The notes under the pieces are model-generated. The model was not told the DNA's origin and searched no databases. It saw nothing but the letters and a program-made list of their open reading frames with translations. A DNA stretch of 64,000 bases from Dehalococcoidia bacterium (GTDB lineage Bacteria; Chloroflexota; Dehalococcoidia; UBA2979). Shown here piece by piece: positions 62,789-64,000 of this stretch (position 1 is the first letter of the stretch; each line of letters begins with the position of its first letter). The DNA is taken from the NCBI GenBank assembly GCA_020845735.1, contig JADLFF010000034.1, forward strand, positions 10,884-74,883, in the 5' to 3' direction. A program made the position numbers and the translations under genes.

Positions 62789-64000
62789 TCAGTGGTCGCC
62801 GGTGCCCTCGCGCTCCACGGGCGCGATGCCCAGTCGCGCGCAGGCCTCCTGGTACATCCGCACGACCTCCGCGCGGATCTGAGCGCGCTCGGTGACGGGC
62901 TCGGACCACGGCACGCGCACGACCGACTGCGCGCCAGCCTCGACGACCGCGAACTCGATGCCGACGGCGTCCATCCCCGTCATCAGCGCGGACGACGCCG
63001 TGGGACGATCCCCCAGGCCCTGGCAGATCGCCAGCGACTCCTCGGGATGGTCCTGGTTCATGTGCCGCTTGACGGCTTCGATGACCTCTGGTGCGAACAA
63101 CGCACGCTCCTTTCGCTGACGGGCCGACCGTCGCTGCATTCGAGCTCCAAGCCACGTCAGCCCTCCGAGGGGGATCAGCGCCGCGAGGGGCGCCCACGGC
63201 ACGGCCCAGACGCTGCCGCTCGCGAGTGCCTGCGGCACCACCACGCCGTCGTTGCCGACCACGGCCGGCGACACCTCGAGGCGCGTGGCCAGCCAGAACA
63301 ACGGCGGCATGCGGTCGAGCGCCACGGTCGTCGTGTGGGCGGCGCCCGGCAGCAGCTCGGGCAGCTCGTCGAGCACCTGCTGCCGCACGGGGATCCCGAG
63401 GGGACCACTGACCGTCGCCTGCTGCGCGGCCCGCAGCCGCACGTTCCCTCGATTGCGCACGGTGTACGAGGCCTGCAGCATCCCGCGCCCGAACAGCGCC
63501 TGCGGCTCAAACCGGATCCCGAAGTCCTCGACGACCAGGTCCGGACGCAGGGGGCCGTTGACACGCAGGTACACGCGCGTGCCGACGCGCAGGTCGATCT
63601 TGACGGCATTGCCCGCCGCGTCGCTGGCGTCGGCGGTCCGGGAGGCGACGATGCCGCCCGCGTGGTCCCCCGGCGTCGCGTCCTGCGGAACGCGCAGCGA
63701 GAACGGGAGGAGGACGCGCTGCCTTGGCGCGAGGTCGACCCGCGCGTCGAGGTCGATCCACGAGCCCACGTCTCGGGGCTGCTGCCCCGCAGGCAGGAGG
63801 TCGAAGCCGCCCTCGGGCGTGGTGAAGGCGTCGCTGGCGTACACGCGCAGCGACAGCGGCTGCTCGCCGAGGTTCTGCACGCCGACGTAGTCGACGACGG
63901 TTGAGCCGCGTGCGAGGTCGTAGGTGAGGTTGGGGCGCGTCTCGGTGCCCGTGGCATTCGAGGGCTGGATCGACCAGCTCGCGTTGCCCGGACCTCCCTG
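62789..64000 (-). CDS. single-pass membrane protein: extracellular DUF916-like surface domain + TM + cytoplasmic DUF2470 (heme-utilisation type) domain; N-terminus beyond window
   Basis: The frame stays open upstream of the track's start (GTG 63880) to the window edge (...GNASWSIQPSNATGTETRPNLTYDLARGSTVVDYVGVQNLGEQPLSLRVYASDAF...). TM segment VWAVPWAPLAALIPLGGLTWLGA followed by RMQRRSARQRKER. C-terminal VIEAVKRHMNQDHPEESLAICQ...MTGMDAVGIEF...VRVPW.EPV.ERAQIR.E.V.M. Confidence 0.7.
   Translation of the reverse strand, partial: QGGPGNASWSIQPSNATGTETRPNLTYDLARGSTVVDYVGVQNLGEQPLSLRVYASDAFTTPEGGFDLLPAGQQPRDVGSWIDLDARVDLAPRQRVLLPFSLRVPQDATPGDHAGGIVASRTADASDAAGNAVKIDLRVGTRVYLRVNGPLRPDLVVEDFGIRFEPQALFGRGMLQASYTVRNRGNVRLRAAQQATVSGPLGIPVRQQVLDELPELLPGAAHTTTVALDRMPPLFWLATRLEVSPAVVGNDGVVVPQALASGSVWAVPWAPLAALIPLGGLTWLGARMQRRSARQRKERALFAPEVIEAVKRHMNQDHPEESLAICQGLGDRPTASSALMTGMDAVGIEFAVVEAGAQSVVRVPWSEPVTERAQIRAEVVRMYQEACARLGIAPVEREGTGDH

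Overview
Very GC-rich (about 70% by eye) chromosomal window, densely coding. I recognised no rRNA, tRNA, CRISPR array, integrase or transposase. The many long Arg/Ala/Gly-rich ORFs in the track are antisense or out-of-frame artefacts of the GC content, so I called genes only where the translation shows recognisable family motifs.

Contents in order:
- nuoI and a nuoG-like gene, then a Cu-chaperone pair (SCO1 and PCuAC).
- An F420/PPOX protein, and a xanthine-dehydrogenase-family FAD/2Fe-2S/Moco operon with mocA and an MBL hydrolase.
- NifU-like, MidA-type methyltransferase, YjbQ, plsY, an aquaporin, and ferredoxin-dut-crcB.
- nfo, three MFS transporters, CoA-transferases, thyX, fabF and a USP.
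- A tRNA-Trp T-box-controlled trp operon (trpE, Nudix-DinB, trpG, retropepsin-like, trpD, trpC, trpF, trpB; no trpA).
- gmk, tyrA, an HD protein, an M50 protease, a TolB-like/SLT pair, a membrane-fused spermidine-synthase-like protein and an HD-GYP sensor.
- At the 3' end, a heme-acquisition island.

The best candidate for something new is that island (56.6-64 kb). It is a translationally coupled operon of [unknown protein with two Cys-pair domains]-hmuT-hmuU-hmuV-htaA. A heme oxygenase is divergent from it across an AT-rich region carrying an IdeR/DtxR-like palindrome. A convergent single-pass protein fuses an extracellular DUF916-like domain to a cytoplasmic DUF2470 (heme-utilisation type) domain.

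Other notable structure:
- Three related families of REP-like intergenic repeats sharing a CCGTTCG core. They occur as tandem 83-86 bp x4, tandem 38 bp x4, and an approximately 720 bp mosaic with 35- and 50-nt perfect inverted copies.
- A 9-unit heptamer array of Shine-Dalgarno-like sequence.
- Long disordered C-terminal tails with a shared Y[LM]G motif on two MFS transporters.
- A tandem-fused family III CoA-transferase.

The T-box on trp and the repeat type suggest Chloroflexota/Thermomicrobia-like or a deep high-GC Gram-positive lineage; this taxonomy is inference only.
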